From Candidatus Sericytochromatia bacterium (GTDB lineage Bacteria; Cyanobacteriota; Sericytochromatia; S15B-MN24; UBA4093): DNA of 39,628 nt. The notes below the pieces were generated by a model, which worked only from the letters and a program-made list of their open reading frames with translations, was not told the origin of the DNA and made no database searches. The DNA lies in the NCBI GenBank assembly GCA_036676985.1, contig JAKFBU010000055.1:1-39628 (forward strand), given 5' to 3'. Shown piece after piece: positions 17,640-26,833 of this stretch (within the stretch, counting starts at the first letter, position 1; each line of letters opens with the position of its first letter). The position numbers were made by a program, and so were the translations under genes.

Positions 17640-20600
17640 ATGCGCCCGATTCTCGTGCTAGCGTTAGCCTTGGTCTGCCTCCTCTCGGGATGCCTGAGGC
17701 CTCCGGGGCTCGTCGGCCTCCGGAGCCCCGTCGCCGACCTCGCGGGCCAGGTCCGGTGGGGCGAGGGCTTCGGCATCCAGGCGACCACCACCGAGGTGGC
17801 CCAGGCGGCCACCGTCTCCCTCATCGATCCCGCCACCGGCAACACCGTCACCACCACCCTCACCCGGCCGGACGGCAGCTTCTCCCTGACGTTCGCGCGC
17901 TGGACCCCGACCGCCGATCGGCCCTACCTGCTCGAGGCCCTCAAGGGCCTCTCCGTGGGCGGCAGCCCCAACCGGGCCGGGGCCTCCGCGGCCCGCATCC
18001 GGACCCTCATCAGCAAGGTGAACGGCAGCTGGACGAGCCTCACGGGCCCGACCATCCAGATCACCCGCGGCACCACCGCCCTGTGCGTCGTCGCAAGCCT
18101 CAAGGGGCTGACGACCACCCAGCAGCAGGCCCTCATGGGCAAGCTCACGCCCAACTCCGGCCCTCCCGAGACCTACGCGGCCACCCCCGACCTTGCCGCC
18201 GGCGAGTACGCCTCCGTCTACGCCCTGGTCAACACGGCGCTCACCGCCAACCAGGACCCCCTGCGGGTCATCGCGCGCAACGCCGTGACGGGCGCCTACA
18301 CGCGCTTCGAGCGCGGCCCGGTCGTCACGGACCTCTCCAGCCCGAGCGGCCAGACGGGCGACACCCTCGTCCTCTCCGGCAACGGCTTCGACGCCGTGGC
18401 GGCCAACAACCAGGTCTTCTTCAACGGGGTCCCGGCCACCGGCGTGACGGTCAATGCCACCGGCACCCAGCTCACGGTGACCATCCCGGACGCCGCCACC
18501 ACGGGCCCTCTCACCCTGCGGGTGGGCAACCTGGTCATGCTGGCGGCCTCCACCTTCACCATCCGGGGCTCGACCGTGCTGACGATCGCGGGTCTCAACA
18601 CGCCCATCGCGGGACGCCCGGCCACCGAGTGGTACGTCAACACCCCGCATGACGTGGCGGCGGACGCCGCGGGCTATGCCTACGTCATCAGCCAGCACCA
18701 GATCCTGCGCATCGCCCCGGACGACACCTTCTCCGTCATCGCCGGGACCTCGACGGCCGGGTTCGCGGGCGACGGGGGCCCCGCTATCGGCGCTCGGCTC
18801 TACTTCCCGAGCGCGCTGGCGCTCGACGGGGCGGGTAACCTCTACGTAGCGGACAAGTACAACTACCGCATCCGCATGATCCCCAAGGTCTCGGGGACCT
18901 ACTTCGGCCAGGCCATGGTCGCGAACAACATCTACACCGTGGTCGGCAACGGCGGCTACGGGAACGCGGCCGACGGGACGCCCACCACCAGCGCACCGCT
19001 CGCCGGCCCCAACGCCGTCGCCGTGGATGCCGCGGGCAGCCTCTACATCGCCGACGGCAGCAACAACCGGGTCCGCATGGTGCCCGTGAGCGACGGCACG
19101 CAGTTCGGCAAGGCCATGACGGCCAACCGGATCTATGCCATCGCCGGCAACGGGGGCGACACCTTCAACGGCAACGGCCTCGCGGCGACCGCCTCCGCCT
19201 TCGGAGAGGTCCTGGACATCGCCGTCGACTCGGCGGGCAACGTCTTCTTCTACACCCCCTACGACCAGTTCGAGGGGTGGGACGACGAGTACGGCGAGTA
19301 CTACTGGTACACGGACTACAGCCCACGCGTGCGCATGCTGCCCAAGACGACGGGGACCTTCTTCGGGCAGGCCATGACGGCCAACACCCTCTACACCGTC
19401 GCGGGCAGCGGCGCCGTCGGCCTCGCGGCGGATGGCACCGCCGCCACCGCGGCGGCCTTCTCGGGACCGTGCTTCTTCACCCTCGATGCGGCGGGCCACC
19501 TCCTCGTCTCGGATGGGGGCAACCACCGGATCCGGATGGTGCCGCGCGCGGACGGCACCTACTACGGCCGGGCCATGGCGGCCAACAAGGTCTACACCGT
19601 GGCCGGCACCGGCGCGTCGGGCTTCGGCGGCGACGGGGGCCCCGCCACGAGCGCCAGCCTCCGGACGCCGCGCGGCCTCGGCGTCGATGCTACGGGCAAC
19701 CTCTTCATCGCGGATGCCTCCAACCACCGCGTGCGCTTGGTCGCCAAGAGCAGCACCGCCCTGTACGGCCAGCCCGTGGTCGCCAATGCCATCTACACGC
19801 TGGCGGGCAACGGCACGACCCCGAGCAGCTACACGGGAGACGGCGGGCCCGCCGCCAACTCCAAGCTCAACAGCCCCGCCCACGTGGCGCTCGACGCGGA
19901 CGGCAACGTCTTCTTCCTGGATCGCAGCTACTACCGGGTGCGCATGATCCCCAAGGTCTCGGGCACCTACTTCGGCCGGGCCATGACGGCCGACAACATC
20001 TACACGGTGGTCGGAAACGGCACCTCCGGGAACGCGGCGGACGGGACGCTCGCCACCAGCGCACCGCTCGGCTACATGTCGGGCCTCGCAGTGGACGGCG
20101 CGGGCAACCTCTACCTCTCCGACACGAGCTACAACCGCATCCGCATGGTCCCCCGCACCGCGGGGACCTACTTCGGAAAGGCCATGGCGGCCAACAGCCT
20201 CTACATCATCGCGGGCAGCGGCGGCTCCGGCTTCGCGGGCGACGGGGGCCCGGCCACGGGCGCGAGCTTCTACTCGCTGGGCGGCCTCGCCCTGGACGGG
20301 GCCGGCAACGTCTACGTCACCGACGCGGGCAACCACCGCGTGCGCCTGGTGCCCAGGGTCTCGGGCACCTACTTCGGCGTGGCCGCGACGGCCAACAACA
20401 TCTACACCATCGCGGGCACCGGGGGCGTGACCTGGCCCGGCGACGGGGCGGCCGCGCGCTCCGCCGCCTTCAGCTGGCCGTCGAGCCTCGCGCTGGACGC
20501 GGACGGCAACCTCTACTTCACCAGCAGCCTCAACGAATACTCGGACTACGACGAAGAGGGCTACTACTACACCATCACCTACGACACGCCCTCCGTCCGC

Positions 20601-20960
20601 ATGATCCCCAGGATCTCCGGGACCTACTTCGGCCGGGCCATGGCGGCGGACGCCGTCTACACCATCGCCGGCGCCGCGGCGGGGCCCCTCGGCGTCGCCC
20701 TGGACAGCACCGGCAACGTCTACTTCTCCGATGGCGGCAGCCACCGGGTCTACATGGTGCCCCGCACCAGCGGCCGCCGCTACGGCCGCACCATGACGGC
20801 CAACACGACCTACGCCATCGTCGGCACCGGGACGGGTGCCTACAACGGGGACGGCGACGCTTCCACGACGGCCCTGCACACGCCGACCGGCGTGGCCGTG
20901 GGCCCCGGGGAGCTCTTCATCGCCGACTCGATCAACAACCTGATCCGAAAGGTGTTCTAG
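17640..20960 (+). CDS. Large surface lipoprotein: conserved N-domain + IPT/TIG + 12 NHL repeats
   Basis: LSGC lipobox; IPT/TIG (GDTLVLSGNGF..NQVFFNG..LTVTIP); twelve PxxxAxDxxGNLYxxD..NxRIR blades with GFAGDGGPA linkers. Confidence 0.9.
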   Translation: MRPILVLALALVCLLSGCLRPPGLVGLRSPVADLAGQVRWGEGFGIQATTTEVAQAATVSLIDPATGNTVTTTLTRPDGSFSLTFARWTPTADRPYLLEALKGLSVGGSPNRAGASAARIRTLISKVNGSWTSLTGPTIQITRGTTALCVVASLKGLTTTQQQALMGKLTPNSGPPETYAATPDLAAGEYASVYALVNTALTANQDPLRVIARNAVTGAYTRFERGPVVTDLSSPSGQTGDTLVLSGNGFDAVAANNQVFFNGVPATGVTVNATGTQLTVTIPDAATTGPLTLRVGNLVMLAASTFTIRGSTVLTIAGLNTPIAGRPATEWYVNTPHDVAADAAGYAYVISQHQILRIAPDDTFSVIAGTSTAGFAGDGGPAIGARLYFPSALALDGAGNLYVADKYNYRIRMIPKVSGTYFGQAMVANNIYTVVGNGGYGNAADGTPTTSAPLAGPNAVAVDAAGSLYIADGSNNRVRMVPVSDGTQFGKAMTANRIYAIAGNGGDTFNGNGLAATASAFGEVLDIAVDSAGNVFFYTPYDQFEGWDDEYGEYYWYTDYSPRVRMLPKTTGTFFGQAMTANTLYTVAGSGAVGLAADGTAATAAAFSGPCFFTLDAAGHLLVSDGGNHRIRMVPRADGTYYGRAMAANKVYTVAGTGASGFGGDGGPATSASLRTPRGLGVDATGNLFIADASNHRVRLVAKSSTALYGQPVVANAIYTLAGNGTTPSSYTGDGGPAANSKLNSPAHVALDADGNVFFLDRSYYRVRMIPKVSGTYFGRAMTADNIYTVVGNGTSGNAADGTLATSAPLGYMSGLAVDGAGNLYLSDTSYNRIRMVPRTAGTYFGKAMAANSLYIIAGSGGSGFAGDGGPATGASFYSLGGLALDGAGNVYVTDAGNHRVRLVPRVSGTYFGVAATANNIYTIAGTGGVTWPGDGAAARSAAFSWPSSLALDADGNLYFTSSLNEYSDYDEEGYYYTITYDTPSVRMIPRISGTYFGRAMAADAVYTIAGAAAGPLGVALDSTGNVYFSDGGSHRVYMVPRTSGRRYGRTMTANTTYAIVGTGTGAYNGDGDASTTALHTPTGVAVGPGELFIADSINNLIRKVF

Positions 20961-20962
20961 CC

Positions 20963-21949
20963 ATGAAGCGCCTCGCCAGTCGGCTCCTGCTCCCGCTGCT
21001 CCTGACGAGCGGCTGCGCCGTCCTCTCTCCGGTGCCCGTGGTGCCGCCCCTGGTCGGATCGGTGGAGACCCATCCCGAGCGCCAGATCGCCGCGAGCCTC
21101 ACGGAGGTGGCCAACGGGGCCACGGTGTCCCTCATCGACCCCACGACGGGCAACACCCTCGTCACGACGCTGACGACCGCCGACGGGCGCTTCAACCTGG
21201 GCTTCACGGGCAGCGGGTTCGTGCCCGCGACGGGACCCTACTTCCTCGAGGCCGCCAAGGGGCTCGCCGGGGGCGGCAGCCCCAACCGGGCGGGTGCTAG
21301 CCTGGTCCGCGTGCGCACGCTCGTCTCCTTCACCGACGAGGGGTGGAAGACGCTCACGAGCGAGGGCATCCGGATCGGCCGCAGCACCACCGCCCTCTGC
21401 ATCCTCTCCAACCTCAAGGGGCTCACGGGTCCCCAGAACCTCGACCTGCTCGCCCGGCTCCAGATGGGCACGCCCTCCAGCCCCGACGGCATCGCCGTGC
21501 CGGACACCTTCGTGGAGAACGGCGCCCTCTCCGCCGCCGAGTTCGCCCGGGCCTACGAGCTGGTCGATCGGGCCCTCGTCCAGGACCTGGACCCCGTGGC
21601 CGCCGTCTTCAAGCGGCCGGACGGCGCGGCCTCGAGCCAGACCGGACCCGGCATGAGCCTGCGGCCGGGGCTGGGCCTGAGCCTGGACGGCTGGAACGTC
21701 ACCGCCGCCGTGCCCGCGACGGGCCCCGGCAACACCCTCGTCACCCTCTACGGCCAGGCCTTGCCCGCGAGTGTTGGGGAGGTCGGCGTGAGCCTCAACG
21801 GCCAGGCCTGCACCGTCGCCGAGGTCGCCGCGGACGGCAGCTACTTGCGCTTCCGCGTGCCGGCGGGCGTTCCGGCCGGCGGCTACCCGATCCGGGTGAC
21901 GATCGGCCCATGGACCCATAGCGCGATCGCCTTCACCGTCACGCCATGA
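20963..21949 (+). CDS. Lipoprotein sharing the N-domain of the upstream NHL protein, with a C-terminal IPT/TIG domain
   Basis: ATG 2 bp after the upstream stop; TSGC lipobox; ATVSLIDP..GGSPNRAGAS..TTALC..LKGLT shared with 17640. Confidence 0.85.
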   Translation: MKRLASRLLLPLLLTSGCAVLSPVPVVPPLVGSVETHPERQIAASLTEVANGATVSLIDPTTGNTLVTTLTTADGRFNLGFTGSGFVPATGPYFLEAAKGLAGGGSPNRAGASLVRVRTLVSFTDEGWKTLTSEGIRIGRSTTALCILSNLKGLTGPQNLDLLARLQMGTPSSPDGIAVPDTFVENGALSAAEFARAYELVDRALVQDLDPVAAVFKRPDGAASSQTGPGMSLRPGLGLSLDGWNVTAAVPATGPGNTLVTLYGQALPASVGEVGVSLNGQACTVAEVAADGSYLRFRVPAGVPAGGYPIRVTIGPWTHSAIAFTVTP

Positions 21950-21963
21950 GGCGGGAGATCCCC

Positions 21964-22713
21964 ATGAATAAGCCCCTACCCCTCTTCCTCTGCGCCTTGC
22001 TGACGGCCGTCGCCCTCGCCGGTTGCCCGACGGACGAGCTCGTCGACGGCGGCGACGTCCGCCGCCCCACACCCCGGCCCTCGGCAAGCGTCCCGCCCGC
22101 TCAGGGCGACGTGACGGGCGGACTGGAGACGGGCGGAGCCGACGCGCGGTCGGTGCGCTATGTCACCGTGACGCCCGAGAGCGTCACCCTCAACGCGCCG
22201 GCCGCCGACGGTCAGGCCCTCGCCGGGTTCGCGACGGCCGGGACCTTCACGGCCCGGGTGATCCTGAGCGACGGCTCGGTCGACGAGCGGGGAGTCACCT
22301 GGCGCGTCTCCCATCCGGGCGCCCTCGGCGTCTCCGGGGGCGTGGTCGCGGTTCAGCCGGGGGCTGAGGCGGGATCCTACGTCGTGACCGCCGAGTCCGT
22401 GGCGGATCCCGCCGTGGTGGCCACGGCCCTCCTGCAGGTGACGACGGACGGTCTCCTGCGCCTCTCTCTGTCGCCGGTGGCGCCAGCCGCCCAGCGCACC
22501 CTGAACATCGTGCAGGACGGCCGCTTCATCCTCAGCCAGCCCTTCTCGGCCACGGCCGACATCCGGCTGCCGGCCGGGTCGGGCTACGAGGCCCAGGTGC
22601 AGGAGCTGACCGACGCCGGGCCGCACTTGGCCATTTTCTCGGGGCTCACCGTCCGCCCCAACGCTTGCACGGTGGCGACCGCCTCGCTACAGGCGCCCAA
22701 CCCGAGTCGATAA
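21964..22713 (+). CDS. Lipoprotein with a bacterial Ig-like (Big_2-type) domain
   Basis: LAGC lipobox; VTVTPESVTL...VTWRVS...VTAES pattern. Alternative start at 21946 overlaps the upstream stop (ATGA). Confidence 0.75.
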   Translation: MNKPLPLFLCALLTAVALAGCPTDELVDGGDVRRPTPRPSASVPPAQGDVTGGLETGGADARSVRYVTVTPESVTLNAPAADGQALAGFATAGTFTARVILSDGSVDERGVTWRVSHPGALGVSGGVVAVQPGAEAGSYVVTAESVADPAVVATALLQVTTDGLLRLSLSPVAPAAQRTLNIVQDGRFILSQPFSATADIRLPAGSGYEAQVQELTDAGPHLAIFSGLTVRPNACTVATASLQAPNPSR

Positions 22714-22756
22714 CCTGGCTATAGGGTGTTTGGACAGCCCTCTGCGGCGGGTCCTG

Positions 22757-22815
22757 GTGGGTCAGGCGTCCCTGCCTGACTCTGGACGAGAGTCAGGCAG
22801 GGACGCCTGACCTAC
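22757..22815. repeat. Inverted pair of GT(A/G)G-type REP sequences (REPIN-like)
   Basis: GTGG-GTCAGGCGTCCCTGCCTGAC ... GTCAGGCAGGGACGCCTGAC-CTAC; 24-bp perfect inverted arms, each arm itself an imperfect palindrome. Confidence 0.75.
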
Positions 22816-22867
22816 TGTTTCATACCCCGCAACGTCCTCCCTCCCTGGTGTCAGGTCGAGGGTGCCC

Positions 22868-24022
22868 TCAGCCCATGGCGATGGGCAGCCGCACGCGGCA
22901 GGTCGTCCCGATCCCGAGCTCGCTCTCGAACGCGAGCGTTCCGCCCAAGGACTCGATGAGCTGCCGGATCTGGTACAGGCCGATGCCACTGCCCTCGACG
23001 TCCGTGTGCTCGCGCGCCCCGGGCTGGCAGAGGCGCTCCATGAAGGCCGGGTGCATCCCGCGGCCGGTGTCGCCAATCTCGAGGACCGCCGCGTCGCCCA
23101 GGTGCTGGAGGCGGACCTCGATGCGTCCGCCGCTCGACGTGTACTTCTGGGCATTGGACAAAAGGTTGCTCGCGATGGAGAAGAGATCCCGCTCGGCAGC
23201 GCGGACGATGACCGTCCGCTCCGGCAACAAGAGGCAGAGCGACTGCGCCTTGCGCTCGAAGGCCGAGCGCCACGATTGAGCCAGATCGGCCAGGACGACG
23301 CGCCAGTCGATCAGCTCCGTGATGGGCGCCAAGTGGGGAAAGGCCGGAGTGAGCCCGGCCCGCAGACGATGGCGCATGCGCACGCACTGCCGATCGATGA
23401 GCAGGATGAGCCGCATGGAGTCCGTGGCGTCCCCCAGGTCGGCCAGCTCCTCGGCCGCATAGGTCAGGGGCGTGAGGTCGTTGATGAGGTCGTGCGTCAG
23501 CTCGCGCAGCACGCGCTCGCGTGAGAAGAGCTCGGCCTGCATCCGACGAAGAGCTGCCTCGCGCCGCCGCAAGAGGCTCTCCTGGTAGCGCAGGGCCTGC
23601 TCGCACTGGAGGATGCTCGCCCGATCCAGGGCGCGCTGGGCGCGCTTGCGCAGGGCCTCGAAGCGCGAGCCCTCCGCCGGAGAGAAGGGGCGCCCGGGGC
23701 GTCCGAGGACGATGTCGAAGACCGCCGCCTGGAAGTTGACCGTCCCGTGGGCCACCACCTCTGCGGCCAGCTCCGCGTGGAAGCGCGGGCGATCGCCCTC
23801 CCACACGATGGGGCTGTCGGGGAAGTCCACCGGAAGACGGCCCGCGCTCGACAAGGGAACGCTCGCCTCACCCGGCATGCGCAGGCATGTCCAGACGAAC
23901 TCGGCCTCGAATTGCTCTCTCAGCGCGCTGGTCGTGGTCTCGAGTAACTGGGGGACAGGCTGATCCGAGGAGGAGGGTCGCCGGATCGCCTGGGGGGAAG
24001 GGTGAAGGTAACGGGAGAGCAT
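22868..24022 (-). CDS. Sensor histidine kinase (cytoplasmic, atypical H and F boxes)
   Basis: THDLIND H box, NLLSNAQKYT N box, DTGRGM G1 and GSGIGL G2; no obvious transmembrane segment. Confidence 0.88.
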   Translation of the reverse strand: MLSRYLHPSPQAIRRPSSSDQPVPQLLETTTSALREQFEAEFVWTCLRMPGEASVPLSSAGRLPVDFPDSPIVWEGDRPRFHAELAAEVVAHGTVNFQAAVFDIVLGRPGRPFSPAEGSRFEALRKRAQRALDRASILQCEQALRYQESLLRRREAALRRMQAELFSRERVLRELTHDLINDLTPLTYAAEELADLGDATDSMRLILLIDRQCVRMRHRLRAGLTPAFPHLAPITELIDWRVVLADLAQSWRSAFERKAQSLCLLLPERTVIVRAAERDLFSIASNLLSNAQKYTSSGGRIEVRLQHLGDAAVLEIGDTGRGMHPAFMERLCQPGAREHTDVEGSGIGLYQIRQLIESLGGTLAFESELGIGTTCRVRLPIAMG

Positions 24023-24227
24023 GGGACCTCGCAGTCGGCCGAGCTCCTGCGGCGGAGTCTGGTTATAAAACTTTACAAGGTTGCTTATACTTCCGTTACA
24101 TTACCGCATGCATGACACGAATTTCAACCCTTCGTTACGAAATAATGTCCTCATAGAAAGAGCTGGCCATTACAAGGTTTTCGGGCGCTCCCCTTCCGAA
24201 CGGGCAAGCAGGATGCCCGCATGGGCG

Positions 24228-24259
24228 AAAAAAAGAGCCGTGGCTCGCGGCCACGGCTC
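24228..24259 (-). terminator. Intrinsic terminator of ndk
   Basis: GAGCCGTGGC/GCCACGGCTC stem followed by T7 on the minus strand. Confidence 0.85.
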
Positions 24260-24273
24260 CTTTGCCCTGAGGC

Positions 24274-24723
24274 TTACTCGTAGATGTGCGCGTCGAGCGT
24301 GCGCTTCCAGTCCACCAGCTCCTCGGTCTTGAAGAAGATGCCGAGCTCGCGCTGGGCGCTCTCGGGACCGTCCGAGCCGTGGATGATGTTGCGGCCGATG
24401 TCCACCGCGAAGTCACCGCGGATGGTGGCCGGCGCCGACTGGGCGGGGTTGGTGGCGCCCATCATGGTGCGGGCCGTGGCGATGACGTTCTTGCCTTCCC
24501 AGGCCATGGCGACGATCGGGCCCGAGGTGATGAAGTCCACCAGGCCGTTGAAGAAGGGCTTGCCCTTGTGCTCGCCGTAGTGGGTCTCGGCCTGCTCGCG
24601 GCTCACCTGCATGAGCTTGAGTCCGACGAGCTTGAAGCCCTTCGACTCGAAGCGGCGAACAATCTCGCCAACCAGACCGCGCTGGACGCCGTCCGGCTTG
24701 ACGGCCAAAAAGGTGCGTTCCAT
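24274..24723 (-). CDS. ndk: Nucleoside-diphosphate kinase
   Basis: [21 protein letters not shown]...RNIIHGSD catalytic motif. Confidence 0.98.
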   Translation of the reverse strand: MERTFLAVKPDGVQRGLVGEIVRRFESKGFKLVGLKLMQVSREQAETHYGEHKGKPFFNGLVDFITSGPIVAMAWEGKNVIATARTMMGATNPAQSAPATIRGDFAVDIGRNIIHGSDGPESAQRELGIFFKTEELVDWKRTLDAHIYE

Positions 24724-24803
24724 GTCTGTGCGTCGTTCCTTTCTTCGTTGAGAGTCCGCAAGACCAGGCACCCTTCGGTACCTGGCCTTGCGGGAGGCTA
24801 TGA

Positions 24804-25769
24804 CTAGCGCTTCTTGGCGATCGCCGCGCGCGCCGCGCGGGCGATGTCCGACCCCAAGAGGCCGTACTTCTTCATGAGGGCGTCGGCCGTGCCGGACTCC
24901 CCGTAGACGTCCTGGAGGCCCACCCGGACCATCGGCACCGGGTACTCCTCACCGAGCACCTCGGCACAAGCGCCGCCCAGGCCGCCGATGACGTTGTGCT
25001 CCTCGGCCGTGACGACCGCTCCGGTCTCCTTGGCGACGCGGACGAGCGTCTCCTTGTCGAGGGGCTTGATGGAGCTCATGTTCACGACCGCGGCCGAGAT
25101 GCCCTCGGCCTCGAGCTCCTGGGCCGCCAGGATGGCCTGGTAGACCATCACGCCGCAGGCGACGATGGCGACGTCCGTGCCCTCGGCGAGCACCTCGGCG
25201 CGGCCGATCTTGAACTCGACGCCGTTGGGACGGGGCAGGACGGGCACGGCGGGACGGCCGAGACGGATGTAGACCGGGCCCTCGTGCTCGGCGGCCGCCC
25301 GGATGATGGCCTCGGTCTCGGGGGCATCCGCGGGCACCAGCACCGTCATGTAGGGGATGACGCGGGTGATGGCGATGTCCTCGAGGATCTGGTGGGTCGC
25401 GCCGTCCTCGCCGAGCGTGATGCCCGCGTGGGTGGCCGCGATCTTCACGTTGAGGTTCATGTGGCCGACGGAGTTGCGGACCATCTCCCAGGCCTTGCCG
25501 GTGGCGAACATGGCGAAGCTGCTGGCGAAGGGCACCTTGCCCGCGAGCGCGAAGCCGCAGGCGGTGTCGATCAGGTTCTGCTCGGCGATGCCCATGTTGA
25601 AGAAGCGCTCGGGGTGCTGCTTCATGAAGAACTGGGTCATGGTCGAGCACGCGAGGTCCGCGTCCAGCACCACGATGTCCGAGCGCTCGGCGCCCAGCTT
25701 CGCGAGGGTCTCGCCGTAGGCGGTGCGCGTGGCGATCTTGTCCTTGGTATTGACGACGGGGGCGCCCAT
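24804..25769 (-). CDS. Transketolase, C-terminal (pyrimidine-binding) subunit
   Basis: [27 protein letters not shown] and [10 protein letters not shown]; start overlaps the upstream stop (TAATG). Confidence 0.95.
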   Translation of the reverse strand: MGAPVVNTKDKIATRTAYGETLAKLGAERSDIVVLDADLACSTMTQFFMKQHPERFFNMGIAEQNLIDTACGFALAGKVPFASSFAMFATGKAWEMVRNSVGHMNLNVKIAATHAGITLGEDGATHQILEDIAITRVIPYMTVLVPADAPETEAIIRAAAEHEGPVYIRLGRPAVPVLPRPNGVEFKIGRAEVLAEGTDVAIVACGVMVYQAILAAQELEAEGISAAVVNMSSIKPLDKETLVRVAKETGAVVTAEEHNVIGGLGGACAEVLGEEYPVPMVRVGLQDVYGESGTADALMKKYGLLGSDIARAARAAIAKKR

Positions 25770-26602
25770 TACATCAGCTCCTTGAGGGCGATCTCGGCCT
25801 CTTCCGGCGACGGCGCGGTGCCGTGCCACTTCACGACGTTCTCCATGAAGGAGACGCCCTTGCCCTTGACGGTGTTGGCGACGATGCAGGTCGGCTGGCC
25901 GATGAGCGGCGTCTGGGCCGCCGTCTTCAGGGCGCCGAGGATGGCCCCCATGTCGTGGCCGTCGATGACGATCACGTTCCAGCCGAAGGAGCGGAACTTG
26001 TCGCCGATGTCTCCGAGGGCCATGACGTCCTCGGTGCAGCCGTCGATCTGGAGCCGGTTGCGGTCGATGATGGCCGTCAGGTTGCCCGTCTTGTAGTGAG
26101 CGGCCGCCATGGCAGCCTCCCAGACTTCGCCTTCCTGGCACTCGCCGTCGCCCAAGAGCGCGTAGACCCGGCTCTCGCTGGCATCCAGGCGCAGGGCGAG
26201 GGCCATGCCGTGGGCGATGGCGAGGCCGTGGCCGAGAGAGCCCGTCGAGGCCTCGACGCCCGGCAGCTTGTGCATGTCGGGGTGGCCCTGCAGGCGGCTG
26301 TCGATGCGGCGCAGGCTCGAAAGCTCGCTCGGATCGAAGTAGCCCGCCTCGGCGAGCACGGCGTACAGGCCGGGAGCACCGTGGCCCTTGGAGAGCACGA
26401 AGCGATCGCGGCCCGCCCAGTTGGGCTGCTTGGGATCGTGGCGCATGTGGCCGAAGTAGAGGGCCGTGAGGAGGTCGGCGGCCGAGAGGCTGGTGCCGGG
26501 GTGGCCGCTCTTGCCGTCGCGGGTGCTCGTGATGATATGGCGGCGCACCGCTTTGGCGCGCTCAGCGAGATCGGCGTAAGACGCCGGAGATTGGGCGATC
26601 AT
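25769..26602 (-). CDS. Transketolase, N-terminal (TPP-binding) subunit
   Basis: GHPGTSLS, RDRFVLSKGH, LQGHP, STGSLGHG, GDGECQEG and KGKGVSFME. Confidence 0.95.
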   Translation of the reverse strand: MIAQSPASYADLAERAKAVRRHIITSTRDGKSGHPGTSLSAADLLTALYFGHMRHDPKQPNWAGRDRFVLSKGHGAPGLYAVLAEAGYFDPSELSSLRRIDSRLQGHPDMHKLPGVEASTGSLGHGLAIAHGMALALRLDASESRVYALLGDGECQEGEVWEAAMAAAHYKTGNLTAIIDRNRLQIDGCTEDVMALGDIGDKFRSFGWNVIVIDGHDMGAILGALKTAAQTPLIGQPTCIVANTVKGKGVSFMENVVKWHGTAPSPEEAEIALKELM

Positions 26603-26670
26603 TTGCTCCAATTTGCGCTCCTTGGGAATCGAGGGCAACCTATTAGCCGTCAACCTGCATCATATCACAA

Positions 26671-26754
26671 TCAAAGCGCCTCTTGAGACTGTTCCTTCCA
26701 ACCGCCGGATGGCGGTCGAAGGCTTCACATGCCTGGTCTCGAGAGGTGCTTTGA
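26671..26754. mobile_element. 84-nt palindromic element, copy A (MITE-like or structured RNA)
   Basis: 64/84 identical, ungapped, to 32979-33062; 19-bp terminal stem plus inner hairpin ACCGCC-GGAT-GGCGGT. Confidence 0.75.
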
Positions 26755-26833
26755 GCGCCTCTCGAGACTGTTTCCTCAAACCGCCGGATGGGGATCGGAG
26801 GCCTCGTCGGCCGGATCCAGAGCGGCCTCGTCG
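26750..26833. mobile_element. Degenerate tandem copy C of the 84-nt element, overlapping the DUF4127 3' end
   Basis: 26753-26805 matches copy A positions 4-56 at 44/53; similarity is weaker after that. Confidence 0.6.

Noticed and set aside
18600-20900. Repeats in the NHL gene as a CRISPR array or DGR template/variable pair
   Set aside because: The repeats are in-frame protein repeats, the differences are not adenine-specific, and no reverse transcriptase or cas gene is present.
19277-20962. 890-aa ORF suggesting a long N-terminal extension of the 20963 lipoprotein
   Set aside because: The upstream part is an alternate frame of the NHL gene; the real start is ATG 20963 with a signal peptide and lipobox.
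24804-26653. Transketolase split into two ORFs as a frameshifted pseudogene
   Set aside because: Two-subunit transketolases are a well-known form; the genes are coupled by a TAATG overlap and both have intact motifs.
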